40,571 nucleotides of DNA from a virus (lineage: Duplodnaviria; Caudoviricetes). The position numbers and the translations under genes were made by a program. The stretch lies in the IMG/VR virus record IMGVR_UViG_3300048590_000239, positions 1 to 40,571 of that record; one strand, given 5' to 3'. The notes beneath the pieces are model-generated. The model searched no databases. It was not told the DNA's origin and was given only the letters and a program-made list of their open reading frames with translations. Position 1 is the first letter of the stretch, and each line of letters begins with the position of its first letter. Positions 1-9,861 of the stretch are shown here, piece after piece.

Positions 1-721
1 GTTCCATCTGATCTGCCATGCTCTTAGCTGTTTTGTGCGCATCTTCCAGTTCAAGGATATCAGCCAGGTACTCCCCGCCTGCGGCCATGCTCTGTCCGGT
101 GTTCATCAAACCGACCACAATGCCGCCAACTGTCCTGCTGTAAGCCCAGTTGACAGGATCTTCCACTATCTCTTTGAGATCCCCGTCCCACTTTTTGGGT
201 TCGCGCCCCTTGAAGTAGCTCTCCGATATTTTTCCCCAGTTCCTGTCTTTATCGAGTGCCTCTGTGACTGCTTTCTGCGACTTTGCGTAACCATACTGCA
301 TATCCTCGACAGGAGTGTCAGCGGCCACCGAACCTATGTATTTATTCGATAATTGTTCATCCAGTTCCTTGAACTCGACAGGCTGCAGTGCCTTTTGGAC
401 AAACTCCTGATACTTCACACCCTGCTTTCTGCTCTCTTCCATTTCCTTGCCGAGCTGTCCGAGATCCTTTCCTGCAGCAAAGGCAACAGCCTTGTCTTTG
501 TTGAGGCTGACCGCCTTGATGTATTCCATCTCCGACTCAGGAGTAATACCCATGTGTTCCCGGACTTCGAGCGGAGAATAGCCCCATCCCAGAGCCTTCT
601 CGCGGCCCTTCTCTATATAGTCAATGATCTCGTCATCTGAGAAGCCATTGCTGCGCGTCTGGTCTATCTGTTGAGCAAATGCAGGGTATTTAAGTTTTAG
701 TATGTCTGTGTTGTCCATCAT
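1..721 (-). CDS. N-terminal part (truncated by window edge) of large internal virion/ejection protein; probably the same gene as 35749-40571
   Basis: Not in ORF track. ATG at 721 with AGGAGG 9 nt upstream; frame open to position 1 (MMDNTDILKLKYPAFAQQIDQTRSNGFSDDEIIDYIEKG...KSMADQME); follows the other ejection-protein genes. Confidence 0.8.
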   Translation of the reverse strand, partial: MMDNTDILKLKYPAFAQQIDQTRSNGFSDDEIIDYIEKGREKALGWGYSPLEVREHMGITPESEMEYIKAVSLNKDKAVAFAAGKDLGQLGKEMEESRKQGVKYQEFVQKALQPVEFKELDEQLSNKYIGSVAADTPVEDMQYGYAKSQKAVTEALDKDRNWGKISESYFKGREPKKWDGDLKEIVEDPVNWAYSRTVGGIVVGLMNTGQSMAAGGEYLADILELEDAHKTAKSMADQME

Positions 722-734
722 CACTGCATTCCTC

Positions 735-2660
735 CTATTGCTGCCATGCGTCTCCTATTGTCTTGCCGCCCTGTACCGCAAGATCATCCATTGCGTTTTT
801 ATCTGCCTCGTCCAATTGTTCCAATAGCTTGCCTATATCATTCTTAAAGCCTATTCCAACTCCAAAGATGCTCTTTTCTGTTGATACGCCTGCCTCAAGT
901 ATGCTTCGCCTTATAATGTCCCTTGCTACTACAGGCACAGCCTCAACAGGGTACATGGTCTCGAGTGTCTCCTGATCATACTCAGTAAGCACTCTCTGAC
1001 GGAGGTCAGAAGGCAGCCCGTCCAGACCGTCTATCAGCTTCTTAAGCGTGCTTCTTACGTCCGATACCGTCTTGCCGTACACCGACTTGGTCTTGGTCAT
1101 CCTGTCCCTCAGTTTGTTGGTTGCCATCTGCCCCTGATACTGTGTCATCTCACCATACCCAACAAACATCTGTATCTGGTCCATAATGGACTGAGGCTCT
1201 GTATTCTTGTCACCTATCATTTTCATGATGTCCTCGTAATTCTTGCTTGCCCTTGCCGGGGAAGTTCCGTATGTCTCCTGCAGAAGTATTTCCTGCTTCT
1301 CCCACGGTGTTGCCTTGGCAAGCCTCGCCTTGAGAATACGTCTCTCTGACCTCTCAGCTTCCCTTGCCTGTTTTTCTGCATCGTTCTCATAAACATTGGT
1401 CCATCTCTGGATCTGTTCCGGGGATAACCGGTCCGATTCCTGCAGCTCGCTCAGCTGTCTGTCGTTCAGCTTTTGCCCTTTCAGCCACATCTCAGTGACC
1501 TTAGTGTTAGTCTCGCTATGCCTTACGTTCCTCATCTGCTGTATCTCGCTGAAGAACCTGTCTATCTCCTTCTGGTAACCGTTGCCGTCATCGACCGTCA
1601 TCTCACCTTGTGCAACCTTATCAAGGATGGCCTGTTTAGCGTCATCCCATCCATATATGCCCTCTTGATCATAGACTGCCTTGGCAAACCCCTGTGCCTT
1701 AGAGACAAGGGCTTCTGCATGCACCGTCTTCTCCAGCTTCAGCGCGTCTTCCGGCATTAGCTGTTCCCTTACGGCATAGAAATACTGCTCTGCCTTGATG
1801 GGGTCTTTCTCTATTTGCGCCGTGACTATAGCACTCTGGAACTTGCTTCTGAGCGCATCAACGGCAATGCCTATTGACACTTCGTCAGCACCCTTCATGC
1901 GGTCTATAACTGCCTGCTGTGCCGTCTCAAAGTTGGCGGCGAATGATTCCGGTGTGGGATTGGCCACAACCTGAGCAAGTGACGAGTCCACGGCCTTTTC
2001 AAAGGTCTGCTGTGAATATGCTTCCATCTGTTTTGTCTCCCACACGGAAGCGTCCTTCTCGGCAGATTCCCTGTGGCTCATTATCATCTGCTGGAATTTA
2101 GACTGCATTTCGTCGGTTCTGAGAGTCTTGCCTACCCTCTCCGTAAGTTCGTTGAGATAACCTCTCGTCTCCTCGTACAGTCCGCTTGCATTGTTCAGTT
2201 TCCGGTTGACCTTCGCGCCCTTCTCAGGATCATTCCAGTACGAGTTGACATACCCCCTCCACTCATCTATTGCATTGAGCATGTCGGCGCTGTCCTTGTC
2301 ATCCTGCATCTTCTGCAGCCTTGCAGACAGCCCAAAGAGTATCTCTCCGCTCGACTGGACGGCCTTGGCTGCTGTACGAGAGGCAAGAGCAGATGCCCTT
2401 GCTGCGTTCTCCTGCAGACGTACGCTCTGCATGCCCTGTGCCTGTACCAGTTTGTCTCCTGCCTGCTGAAGATCTATCGCCCTGCCCTGATTGCGTATGC
2501 CTGCCTCAGAGACAGCTTTCTGCGCCTCTATCGCTGTACCGTCAGGCTGATTGGCCTTGATCGCAGTTGAGAGGCTGTCTGTGTCCATCGGTGCCCCGGT
2601 GCGTACCGGCTGCAGTGCTTCTTCCTGGACCTTTCTGTTGTATCCTCTTACTGTCGGCAT
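735..2660 (-). CDS. Internal virion (ejection) protein, T7 gp15-like position
   Basis: Helical 641-aa ORF; start MPTVRGY overlaps upstream stop (TAATG); synteny downstream of tail tubular B. Confidence 0.7.
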   Translation of the reverse strand: MPTVRGYNRKVQEEALQPVRTGAPMDTDSLSTAIKANQPDGTAIEAQKAVSEAGIRNQGRAIDLQQAGDKLVQAQGMQSVRLQENAARASALASRTAAKAVQSSGEILFGLSARLQKMQDDKDSADMLNAIDEWRGYVNSYWNDPEKGAKVNRKLNNASGLYEETRGYLNELTERVGKTLRTDEMQSKFQQMIMSHRESAEKDASVWETKQMEAYSQQTFEKAVDSSLAQVVANPTPESFAANFETAQQAVIDRMKGADEVSIGIAVDALRSKFQSAIVTAQIEKDPIKAEQYFYAVREQLMPEDALKLEKTVHAEALVSKAQGFAKAVYDQEGIYGWDDAKQAILDKVAQGEMTVDDGNGYQKEIDRFFSEIQQMRNVRHSETNTKVTEMWLKGQKLNDRQLSELQESDRLSPEQIQRWTNVYENDAEKQAREAERSERRILKARLAKATPWEKQEILLQETYGTSPARASKNYEDIMKMIGDKNTEPQSIMDQIQMFVGYGEMTQYQGQMATNKLRDRMTKTKSVYGKTVSDVRSTLKKLIDGLDGLPSDLRQRVLTEYDQETLETMYPVEAVPVVARDIIRRSILEAGVSTEKSIFGVGIGFKNDIGKLLEQLDEADKNAMDDLAVQGGKTIGDAWQQ

Positions 2661-3835
2661 TAGACCAACCCCCACTTCTTAGGCGAATAGAGGAACCCTT
2701 CACCGTATGAATCGACCCTCTTGGTGTCTTTAGACGGCAGGAACTGTCCCAGTGCCGCCTCGTTTATCTTAATGTCTGTATCCAGTCCCATTCCAAAAGA
2801 CATAGCGTCCCAACTGTCGTTTATCTGTGGAAGTCCACCATAGCTTGCTGTTGGCATGGATGCCGGCTGAGACTGCTGTCTGTTGCTCATAAATGTGCCT
2901 ACCGCAGGCGCAAGAGTACCCAATAGGCCTCCTATAGCCTGTGCGTTCGCAGCATCTCTTGCTATATTGCCTAGCTGAGAGTACATTGCGCCCTGCGCCT
3001 TGTAGTCTTTAGCCGTTATCTGCCCGCTCTGTATAGCTATCTCTGCCAAGGCACGGTATGCCTCTGCACCCGCATCTCCGCTCTTTAACGACATAGCGCC
3101 CAGCTGTTCCATGATCCCTGCGGCCTTACCCGACATATCGGCACTTCTGACCATGCCCTCTGCCGCCGCTTTATAGTTGTCGCTCTCAAGTTCGCGGATC
3201 TCAGCCACCATCCACATGTTCTGCTGCTGCATAAGCAACTGCCACCTGTTCTTTTGAGCTGTCATCCTGAGCGCAGCCGCGTCACTCTCTATCCCCTCGT
3301 CTGTTTCCCTGAGGATGTCAAGCGCCGTACCTGACGCAACATCTGTGCCTCCTGCTGCTATTGATGCCCTCTGAGTGCCTCTGAACTTTTGTCCTTCTTC
3401 GCGCAGTTTAGCCTCGACCTCTGCTCCCTGCCGCACAACATCAAGGGCCGATGCCCCAAGAATAGAGGCATTGCGCATGGTATAAGACTTCTCAAGAAGC
3501 TTCATTGCAGACTCTGCTTCGTATACAGCAGCCTGCCCCTTCTTGCCCTCTTGCTCTATCTGATACTTGGCTGCAGCAGCATCATAAGATGCCTTCTCTG
3601 CCTGTGCCTGCATGATCATATTCAGAGCGCCTATCTTATACTGGTTAGACATCGAGCTTGCCTGCAGCAATGCCTGTGCCGCTTCTGCGTTGGATTGCCC
3701 CTGCAGTGCCTGGTACTGCCCCTGAGCGGCTATGCCCTGTGCCTGTGCGCCATAATAGGAACTCATGCCTGAGCTTATCGAACCCAACAGACCGATGCCG
3801 CCGCCGCTGCTAAATCCTTGTGCCAGTGAACCCAT
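2660..3835 (-). CDS. Internal virion (ejection) protein, T7 gp14-like
   Basis: Ala/Gly/Gln-rich with Gly-rich hydrophobic N-terminus and GTQRASIAAGGTDVASGTALDI segment typical of podovirus core proteins; synteny. Confidence 0.7.
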   Translation of the reverse strand: MGSLAQGFSSGGGIGLLGSISSGMSSYYGAQAQGIAAQGQYQALQGQSNAEAAQALLQASSMSNQYKIGALNMIMQAQAEKASYDAAAAKYQIEQEGKKGQAAVYEAESAMKLLEKSYTMRNASILGASALDVVRQGAEVEAKLREEGQKFRGTQRASIAAGGTDVASGTALDILRETDEGIESDAAALRMTAQKNRWQLLMQQQNMWMVAEIRELESDNYKAAAEGMVRSADMSGKAAGIMEQLGAMSLKSGDAGAEAYRALAEIAIQSGQITAKDYKAQGAMYSQLGNIARDAANAQAIGGLLGTLAPAVGTFMSNRQQSQPASMPTASYGGLPQINDSWDAMSFGMGLDTDIKINEAALGQFLPSKDTKRVDSYGEGFLYSPKKWGLV

Positions 3836-3838
3836 TTG

Positions 3839-4345
3839 CTATCCCCCCCAGCATCTGTGCCATGCGATACGGATAAATGACGTACCGCTTACCGGATGGA
3901 CCGCTATTTCAACTTGCCTGAAGCCGCCAAAAGCGGCCAGTTTATAAAGTTCAGACATGTAATCTGCCACCCATATTGTTAAGAAGTCGTACCCCTTCTT
4001 TATCTCGTTGAGAAAGATAGGAGCGCACTTCCGTGCTATCTCAAACTTATACTGCGTTGCCATCTCCACGGAGAACAGATAAGGAATACCACCCTTGCCG
4101 TCCATGATCCCCAACCTTTGGGACATGGCAGAATTTGATGGCAGGTCAGCCACCCCTGCCATCACCAATACCCTTCCGTCTTTTGTGAGGTATGAAAACC
4201 TCTTTTTGGCTGTGTTGTAAGAGAACCTGACCGCATCATCAAGCATCATGTCATCCATGTCGCAGATCTCTTTAGTCTCCCTCTGCCGTACCCTTGGGAT
4301 AAGGCTATTGAGATCGCATTCCCTTGATGTCACCATACGCCCCAT
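3839..4345 (-). CDS. T7 gp13-like virion assembly protein (GNAT-like fold, putative)
   Basis: Position between tail tubular B and ejection proteins; RQRETKEI...LVMAGV...IPYLFS pattern; start uncertain (4345 or 4336; the track start 4408 overlaps the upstream gene). Confidence 0.55.
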   Translation of the reverse strand: MGRMVTSRECDLNSLIPRVRQRETKEICDMDDMMLDDAVRFSYNTAKKRFSYLTKDGRVLVMAGVADLPSNSAMSQRLGIMDGKGGIPYLFSVEMATQYKFEIARKCAPIFLNEIKKGYDFLTIWVADYMSELYKLAAFGGFRQVEIAVHPVSGTSFIRIAWHRCWGG

Positions 4346-4367
4346 CCCTTCGTACAGCACCTTGCGC

Positions 4368-6698
4368 CTAGCCACCCTGAGCCACCTCCGGGATAATGGC
4401 CAGAACATTCATTGGGAGCGGGTCTGTCTGACGCACACACACCCTGCCGTGGTAATCCCAGTTTGTTGGCACCACCAGTTCATATATGCCGCTCACCAGT
4501 GGCAGCGCACTGCCATCCTGAGTGCCGCTGTGTTCCTTTATCTTGATCATCTTGTCAAAGCTGACACCGTACTCCCCGCCCCTTGAATCTATAAGGCGCA
4601 CAGACATCTGAGCTATCTTCTTCATTTTGCCCTGATAGCCTCCGCCTGTGTTCTGATACTCAAGGTCAAGGGTCTGGAACTCCGATGAGTAACGCAGTCC
4701 GACATGCACCTTCTTTGCGGCATGAGCAAGTGTTATGCCCCCATCTACTACCTCTTGGTCAGGTTCAACATTACCATCTGCAAGGATACCAACCTCCATG
4801 CCTTCGAGATGGTCAAGCCCGGACAATGTGGTCACCGGGTCATCCCCCTCATACGACAGGCCGCTGTCAAGATAAAAGCTGTCCTCTGAACCACCTTCCA
4901 TCTTCGGAGAAAGGCGCTCTATAAGCCTTTTGTTGTTACGGTTGACTACAAAATAAACATCTGTCTGATCTTTGCCTGCGATACAGCAAATGGACTCAAA
5001 CTTGCCCTGAGTCTCGTGCTTATGCCAGCCTATAACTTCCTGCTCTTTAAGATATGAGCATCCAAGCATGGTTCCGTCATCGAGAATGCACCAGAGTATG
5101 GAATCCGGCCACCTCTGCCATCCTAAATCTATTACCTTGTTGTCTATGAAGAAATGCCGCGACAGCAATGACAGAGCCGTACTTGAATAGCTGTCGGCTT
5201 CCCATGAATACGCAAAGTCACGGATCTCTTTATTGGTCTGCTGCACAAAGAATACTCTGTTAGCCAATACCTCCGGAGTCACAGGCGCGGATCCGTCATA
5301 ACTCTGTGCCCTTGCGTTGAAATTAAGCGGAGTAATTACTCCATTATCGGAGCTGCTGATACGGAACTCAGTCCCGCTTGTGAGAACTATAAGCTCCGAG
5401 AGCGGCACCATGGAGAGTATCCTTGACACCTTCCGGGAGGTCAGCGTCCTTGTGATACCGTCATCGTCCTTGATCGGGCTTGAGATGCCGAACTCATTGT
5501 ATGCCCCTGTCTTTGACCCCCATATTGTCTGAGGTTGAGTCTTCGAGCCACCCATAAAGAGGCGGTCCTGGAAGAAAGCGCCGCACCGGGGGTAACCATA
5601 TGTATTCCCCCACGCAGGCTCACTCCAGAGCTTCGTGGCAGTACCAAACTCACCTACAGCAGATGTCTGTGTACCTTCTGCAACCTTTGCCGTTGTGACG
5701 CTTGTAATGCGCACAGAAGAGATCTTTGTCGCTGACTTGGAGTGCAGCTGTACCGTCATTGACGAGATTGGTATTGGAGGAGTGCCGGAAGGCTCCCCGG
5801 CATTAGTTTTGATCGTATACGTGACCTGATACTCAGCAAAGTCCTCATCCTCGACCCCTGAGATAGCCAAATCCCTGTCTCTTTGTACGGTATACTTGCG
5901 CAGATCCTGCCATGAGCCTCCGTTGTACCGGCGCTGCACCGTGAGCGAACCTTCCCACCATTGGGATACCGTAGGACCCTGTCCTGTAGTTACCAGTTCC
6001 CACTCTCCCCAGATGCCCAGGGGGCCGAGAGTACCGGAAACATCGGTGCCTGACGTGACTGTATCCTTATCCTCAACCTCTGATACTCTCTGCCGCAGCC
6101 TAAACTCCTGCCCAATGTGAGATGCAACAAATATATCTGCGGATGCTGTCAGAGTAACTGCTCCTCCTGCTCCTAGCGTAGGCGTTATCGTTGTCTCGCC
6201 TGTATTCTCGTCCTGATATGGGCCTCCCACAGTCTGAAATACGGACAGAGTCCAGTCATTATGATCCTTACGTGTCAGGGTATACGGAGGATAGCTGGGA
6301 TGGAACAGCCACACAACGTCAGCACTCTGCACCCACGAGATCTCATCAAGATCTGCCTCTGCATAGGGAGAAACTATCTCATATATAGCATCGCCTGTAG
6401 TAAGGACTATGCCTGTAGGCAGCCACCAGCGGATATACTTATCACCAAACTCCATCGCATACGCCTGATCCTCGTCAGAGTTATACTCAAACGGTATCAG
6501 ACGGCACTTCTTAGTCGCGTTCTTGGCTTCTCCGAGCAGGATAGTGCCAGTACGCCTTGATACGCCTCCGTAAACATGTACAATGAAATTCCGCAGACGA
6601 GCCAGTGATGTCTGGTACCGACCTATATCGACCCTGCCGTATAATTCGGGAGTTATCTCACCTGTTGTGAACGATCCTTGGTAGACAGGTTTGGTCAT
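4368..6698 (-). CDS. Tail tubular protein B / nozzle (T7 gp12-like)
   Basis: 776 aa; N-terminal QGSFTTGEITPELYGRVD, RLIPFEY, QSADVVWLFHPSYPP and YPRCGAFFQDRLFMGG motifs. Confidence 0.9.
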   Translation of the reverse strand: MTKPVYQGSFTTGEITPELYGRVDIGRYQTSLARLRNFIVHVYGGVSRRTGTILLGEAKNATKKCRLIPFEYNSDEDQAYAMEFGDKYIRWWLPTGIVLTTGDAIYEIVSPYAEADLDEISWVQSADVVWLFHPSYPPYTLTRKDHNDWTLSVFQTVGGPYQDENTGETTITPTLGAGGAVTLTASADIFVASHIGQEFRLRQRVSEVEDKDTVTSGTDVSGTLGPLGIWGEWELVTTGQGPTVSQWWEGSLTVQRRYNGGSWQDLRKYTVQRDRDLAISGVEDEDFAEYQVTYTIKTNAGEPSGTPPIPISSMTVQLHSKSATKISSVRITSVTTAKVAEGTQTSAVGEFGTATKLWSEPAWGNTYGYPRCGAFFQDRLFMGGSKTQPQTIWGSKTGAYNEFGISSPIKDDDGITRTLTSRKVSRILSMVPLSELIVLTSGTEFRISSSDNGVITPLNFNARAQSYDGSAPVTPEVLANRVFFVQQTNKEIRDFAYSWEADSYSSTALSLLSRHFFIDNKVIDLGWQRWPDSILWCILDDGTMLGCSYLKEQEVIGWHKHETQGKFESICCIAGKDQTDVYFVVNRNNKRLIERLSPKMEGGSEDSFYLDSGLSYEGDDPVTTLSGLDHLEGMEVGILADGNVEPDQEVVDGGITLAHAAKKVHVGLRYSSEFQTLDLEYQNTGGGYQGKMKKIAQMSVRLIDSRGGEYGVSFDKMIKIKEHSGTQDGSALPLVSGIYELVVPTNWDYHGRVCVRQTDPLPMNVLAIIPEVAQGG

Positions 6699-6704
6699 CT
6701 CAGA

Positions 6705-7352
6705 CTACCCCCTTGCGTCAAGCCATGAAGTCGGCAGCTCAAAGTAACCGTGTGATTCAGACGCATCGGTTACAAGAGCAAGACCGAGTGCCTGCTGATA
6801 CATGCTGTTGCAGTTCCCGGCTATGTCCTGTGACTTTGTAAGGGCAAGGGCTATCCTTGTCGCAAGCCCCCACGTGATAACTTCGACAAATGCCGATGGC
6901 CATAGCGATGCATCTTCTACCCTTACCCTGCATTCAGCCCATGCGTTAGCTATATCTGTACAGATACGCCGCTTCTCCCCCAGCTGTACATCAAACAGCC
7001 TGTGGGATGGAGCCTGCTGCCCGTACTCTGTACCAAACTGTACGACCCGCTCCACGAACTTGCCTGACTCGTCCTGCACTGCCTCATACACCCTCTGTAC
7101 ATTGAGCGCGTTGACAGGATAGGCGTATATGTATGCCCACCCGGGGATGACAGAGACAGCATCGCGCACCAACATGATCTGCTGCTTGTTGAAGCCCCAC
7201 GAATATGACCCCTGCAGATAATCCCTCACATGAGCATAGAAATTGCCGCAAATACGTGCCTGCTGTGTCGCTTCTGTGAATGACACTATCGGCTCAACTC
7301 CGAGGTTAGCCAGTGCCATATTGCATATATTGATATCGGATGATACTGCCAT
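6705..7352 (-). CDS. Tail tubular protein A / adaptor (T7 gp11-like)
   Basis: SDINICNMALANLG...WAYIYAYPVNAL...FVEVITWGLATRIALALT; directly upstream of tubular B. Confidence 0.85.
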   Translation of the reverse strand: MAVSSDINICNMALANLGVEPIVSFTEATQQARICGNFYAHVRDYLQGSYSWGFNKQQIMLVRDAVSVIPGWAYIYAYPVNALNVQRVYEAVQDESGKFVERVVQFGTEYGQQAPSHRLFDVQLGEKRRICTDIANAWAECRVRVEDASLWPSAFVEVITWGLATRIALALTKSQDIAGNCNSMYQQALGLALVTDASESHGYFELPTSWLDARG

Positions 7353-7384
7353 TGCCAACACCACCTTGGAATAATATGTTTCTG

Positions 7385-7423
7385 AATAAAGCCGAAGGGG
7401 CAGGAGACTAAGCCCCCGCCCCG
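7385..7423 (-). terminator. Intrinsic terminator after capsid/cement genes
   Basis: Minus-strand GC hairpin GGGGCGGGGGC-TTA-GTCTCCTGCCCC (G:U pairs work only on -) followed by TTCGGCTTTATT. Confidence 0.65.
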
Positions 7424-7435
7424 AATATATGTTGC

Positions 7436-7795
7436 TTAAATTGCTACGTCCTTGGTGAGAAATGCTGTCATGTTCCCCGCGCTAACCGTGCCGGTCCAGA
7501 GCACTCTTAGATAGCGTTCGCAGCCCTTGGGCAGACGGCCCTTGAAAATGTTGCCCGCCGCCGCGCGGTCTGCCGCTGCTATAGACAGGAGTTTGGTTGC
7601 TCCGGAGAACTCGCTGTTATCGTCTGTCTCCAGGTCAAATCCGAGATTGCCGGTAATGGCTGTGGTCACGTTGACTACAAGCCAGAGGGCATCATAGGAA
7701 TCGCCCGCAGCTCCCTGATCGACAATGTTAGTAGATGCGCCTGCTGCTGTCACAGACTGTTTATCTGCAAAAATAAGCTCTTTATCGAGAATCAT
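7436..7795 (-). CDS. Capsid cement/decoration protein (BPP-1 Bbp16-like)
   Basis: MILDKELIFADKQSVTAAGASTNIVDQG...ERYLRVLWT...GNMTAFLTKD; directly after major capsid gene. Confidence 0.85.
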   Translation of the reverse strand: MILDKELIFADKQSVTAAGASTNIVDQGAAGDSYDALWLVVNVTTAITGNLGFDLETDDNSEFSGATKLLSIAAADRAAAGNIFKGRLPKGCERYLRVLWTGTVSAGNMTAFLTKDVAI

Positions 7796-7808
7796 TGTTC
7801 ATTCCTCC

Positions 7809-8789
7809 TTAGTCCACGACTGCTTCTGTGTCTTTGATTGCGTCACATACGCGGATCGGTATGCCGCGGTAGGTCGTTACAGGCTCGCCGTCCATCTGCC
7901 CCTGAGTCAGATAGACATTAGTCTTGACCTGAGCCTGCAAATCGAGATATGTAGCAACTGTACTGTTGCAGTAGATCACCTTGCGTCCTGAGTACCTGTT
8001 GATTTTGTGGTACGCCATGGTCAAATAATCAAACAGTTTGGCTGCGCTGGATGTGCCGAGTTTGGTCGTATCAATGTTGCAGATACGGACGTTTCTGCGC
8101 CAGTCGCGTACCGTAAGTCCGCAGTCCCACTGGTAATGGCTGCGGAAGCCCTGGAAATGCCCGCCTGCCTCATCATCAAGGGTTACTTCGCCGAGATCCT
8201 CATGTTTAAAGCCTGCGGTCGAACCCTTCGGGAAAATGCCGTGTGTTGCCAGCTGGTCCCACGTCACGAACCACAGTGAGGTCTGCTTGCTGCCTGTATC
8301 CCCGAGCGCGCTGATCACGTTGGCCGCACTGTCAACTCCTGTCAGTTCGGCATAGCGCGGGGCAAGTCCAACGAACTTCTCGGGAGAAGTTTCATCGCCG
8401 TAAAAAAGGACATCCGCCATTGCCTGGTTCATAGCCTCCAGAAATGCCATGTCCTCGCCCAATCTCCATGCCGCAGTGTTGTTGTTGATCTGGGCAAGTT
8501 TTTTATCGACCTCTGCGTAGGCTTCAAGCATTGCGCAGTGGTCTGTTACTTGCTTTGTCGTACTCTTTGACGGCTGGACCCCATAGTTCAGCATCCTCCA
8601 TGTGACGCTGGGAAGTCCCGTCCTTACCGTTGTAAGATGTCCGGTTGGCAGATTACCCTCAAGCCACAGCATGTCCTTAAGTACCGGGTTCTCTTTTGCA
8701 AGTAGCTCGATGATCTTCTGGATCTTGCCGTCAGGCTCAGACCTCTTGGCAAAATCCATTAATGTTGCAACTGTTCCAATAACGCTCAT
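7809..8789 (-). CDS. Major capsid protein (BPP-1 Bbp17-like, HK97 fold)
   Basis: EGNLPTGHLTTVRTGLPSVTWRMLNYGVQPSKS, YQWDCGLTVRDWR and RGIPIRVCDAI motifs. Confidence 0.93.
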   Translation of the reverse strand: MSVIGTVATLMDFAKRSEPDGKIQKIIELLAKENPVLKDMLWLEGNLPTGHLTTVRTGLPSVTWRMLNYGVQPSKSTTKQVTDHCAMLEAYAEVDKKLAQINNNTAAWRLGEDMAFLEAMNQAMADVLFYGDETSPEKFVGLAPRYAELTGVDSAANVISALGDTGSKQTSLWFVTWDQLATHGIFPKGSTAGFKHEDLGEVTLDDEAGGHFQGFRSHYQWDCGLTVRDWRRNVRICNIDTTKLGTSSAAKLFDYLTMAYHKINRYSGRKVIYCNSTVATYLDLQAQVKTNVYLTQGQMDGEPVTTYRGIPIRVCDAIKDTEAVVD

Positions 8790-8801
8790 ATCACATACCC
8801 C

Positions 8802-9524
8802 CTATTTCATATTTGATTTATCGTAGAGAATCGACACAAGGTCTTTCTCGCCGACAACACTACCCTGTACATAAGCGCCCTCTGAGAGCGCCATCCCTGC
8901 TCTGTAAAGAAGCCTCAATATTGCCGGATTGCTTGACAGCCTTGCTTCGCTGATGACCATTAGCGCATCTTCACAACCTAACTTAGTTGCAGCAGACCGC
9001 GCTATTTTCATCTTCTCTCCCAAGTCAGCACCGCCAAGCTCTTCATCTGCGCGGACAGCCGCTTCCCACTTGCCAATCAGCTTCTGCGTTTCCGCTTCGA
9101 CTGTCTTTGTCAGCGTTGCATCCTGTTTGAGAGCCAGATTGTTCTGCAGATCTATCAGCTTCTGCGCCTGCTCCTGCGTCAGACCCATCTCCTTGAATGT
9201 GCCCTTCGCAAGAGTCATTGTTTCTTCATCGACCTGCAGCTGCTCGGCGATCTTAAAATCACCGTATTCCACAGCCTTGTCTTCTGGCTTGTCATCCTCC
9301 GCTGGCTTCTGTGAACCCTCCTTGTCAGCATCCGCTGTTCCGAGGAGTCCTGCCTTGTCTACGGCATCACCATCTCCACCCCCCTCTGTATCAACTTTTG
9401 ACTGCTGTACTGCAGCAGTATCGTCTGCTGTTGCTGCCTGTCCGGCTGCCGTGTTATCCGCTGCCTGCCCTACTTCCTGTCCTACTGCCTGCTCAACTGC
9501 ACTAGCGTCATCGCTGTTCGTCAT
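8802..9524 (-). CDS. Capsid scaffolding/assembly protein
   Basis: Acidic low-complexity N-terminus, FKEMGLTQEQAQKLID, NPAILRLLYRAGMALSEG; just upstream of capsid gene. Confidence 0.8.
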   Translation of the reverse strand: MTNSDDASAVEQAVGQEVGQAADNTAAGQAATADDTAAVQQSKVDTEGGGDGDAVDKAGLLGTADADKEGSQKPAEDDKPEDKAVEYGDFKIAEQLQVDEETMTLAKGTFKEMGLTQEQAQKLIDLQNNLALKQDATLTKTVEAETQKLIGKWEAAVRADEELGGADLGEKMKIARSAATKLGCEDALMVISEARLSSNPAILRLLYRAGMALSEGAYVQGSVVGEKDLVSILYDKSNMK

Positions 9525-9861
9525 TCCCTAATACCTCCAATTCTTTCCTGTGATTATTAACACGGAGAAACATCATGCGCATAACATGCCCTGCCCTGCC
9601 GTACATACGTGCAAGCAAGCGCCCTGCGCTGTTGTCCCGTGATTGCTCCAGCAGCTCCAGTATTTCAATTCCAACGCTCCTCCTGCCCTCTGCGTAGGCC
9701 ATTGTTATTGGATCCGTGACATCGTTTGTCTCGAATATCCCTGTGGAGGCCAGCAACTGCATGAGAAAGGCCTCCCCGTCATCTGTCTGGGAAAGCCTTT
9801 CTAGTGCGATTCTATCCGTATTTAGCCACTGCTCTGTTTTCTGCTGTTGTTTGTCGTTCAC
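9508..9861 (-). CDS. Bbp19-like small protein between portal and scaffold
   Basis: TDDGEAFLMQLL...MAYAEGRRSVGIEIL motif and position. Confidence 0.7.
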   Translation of the reverse strand: MNDKQQQKTEQWLNTDRIALERLSQTDDGEAFLMQLLASTGIFETNDVTDPITMAYAEGRRSVGIEILELLEQSRDNSAGRLLARMYGRAGHVMRMMFLRVNNHRKELEVLGNDEQR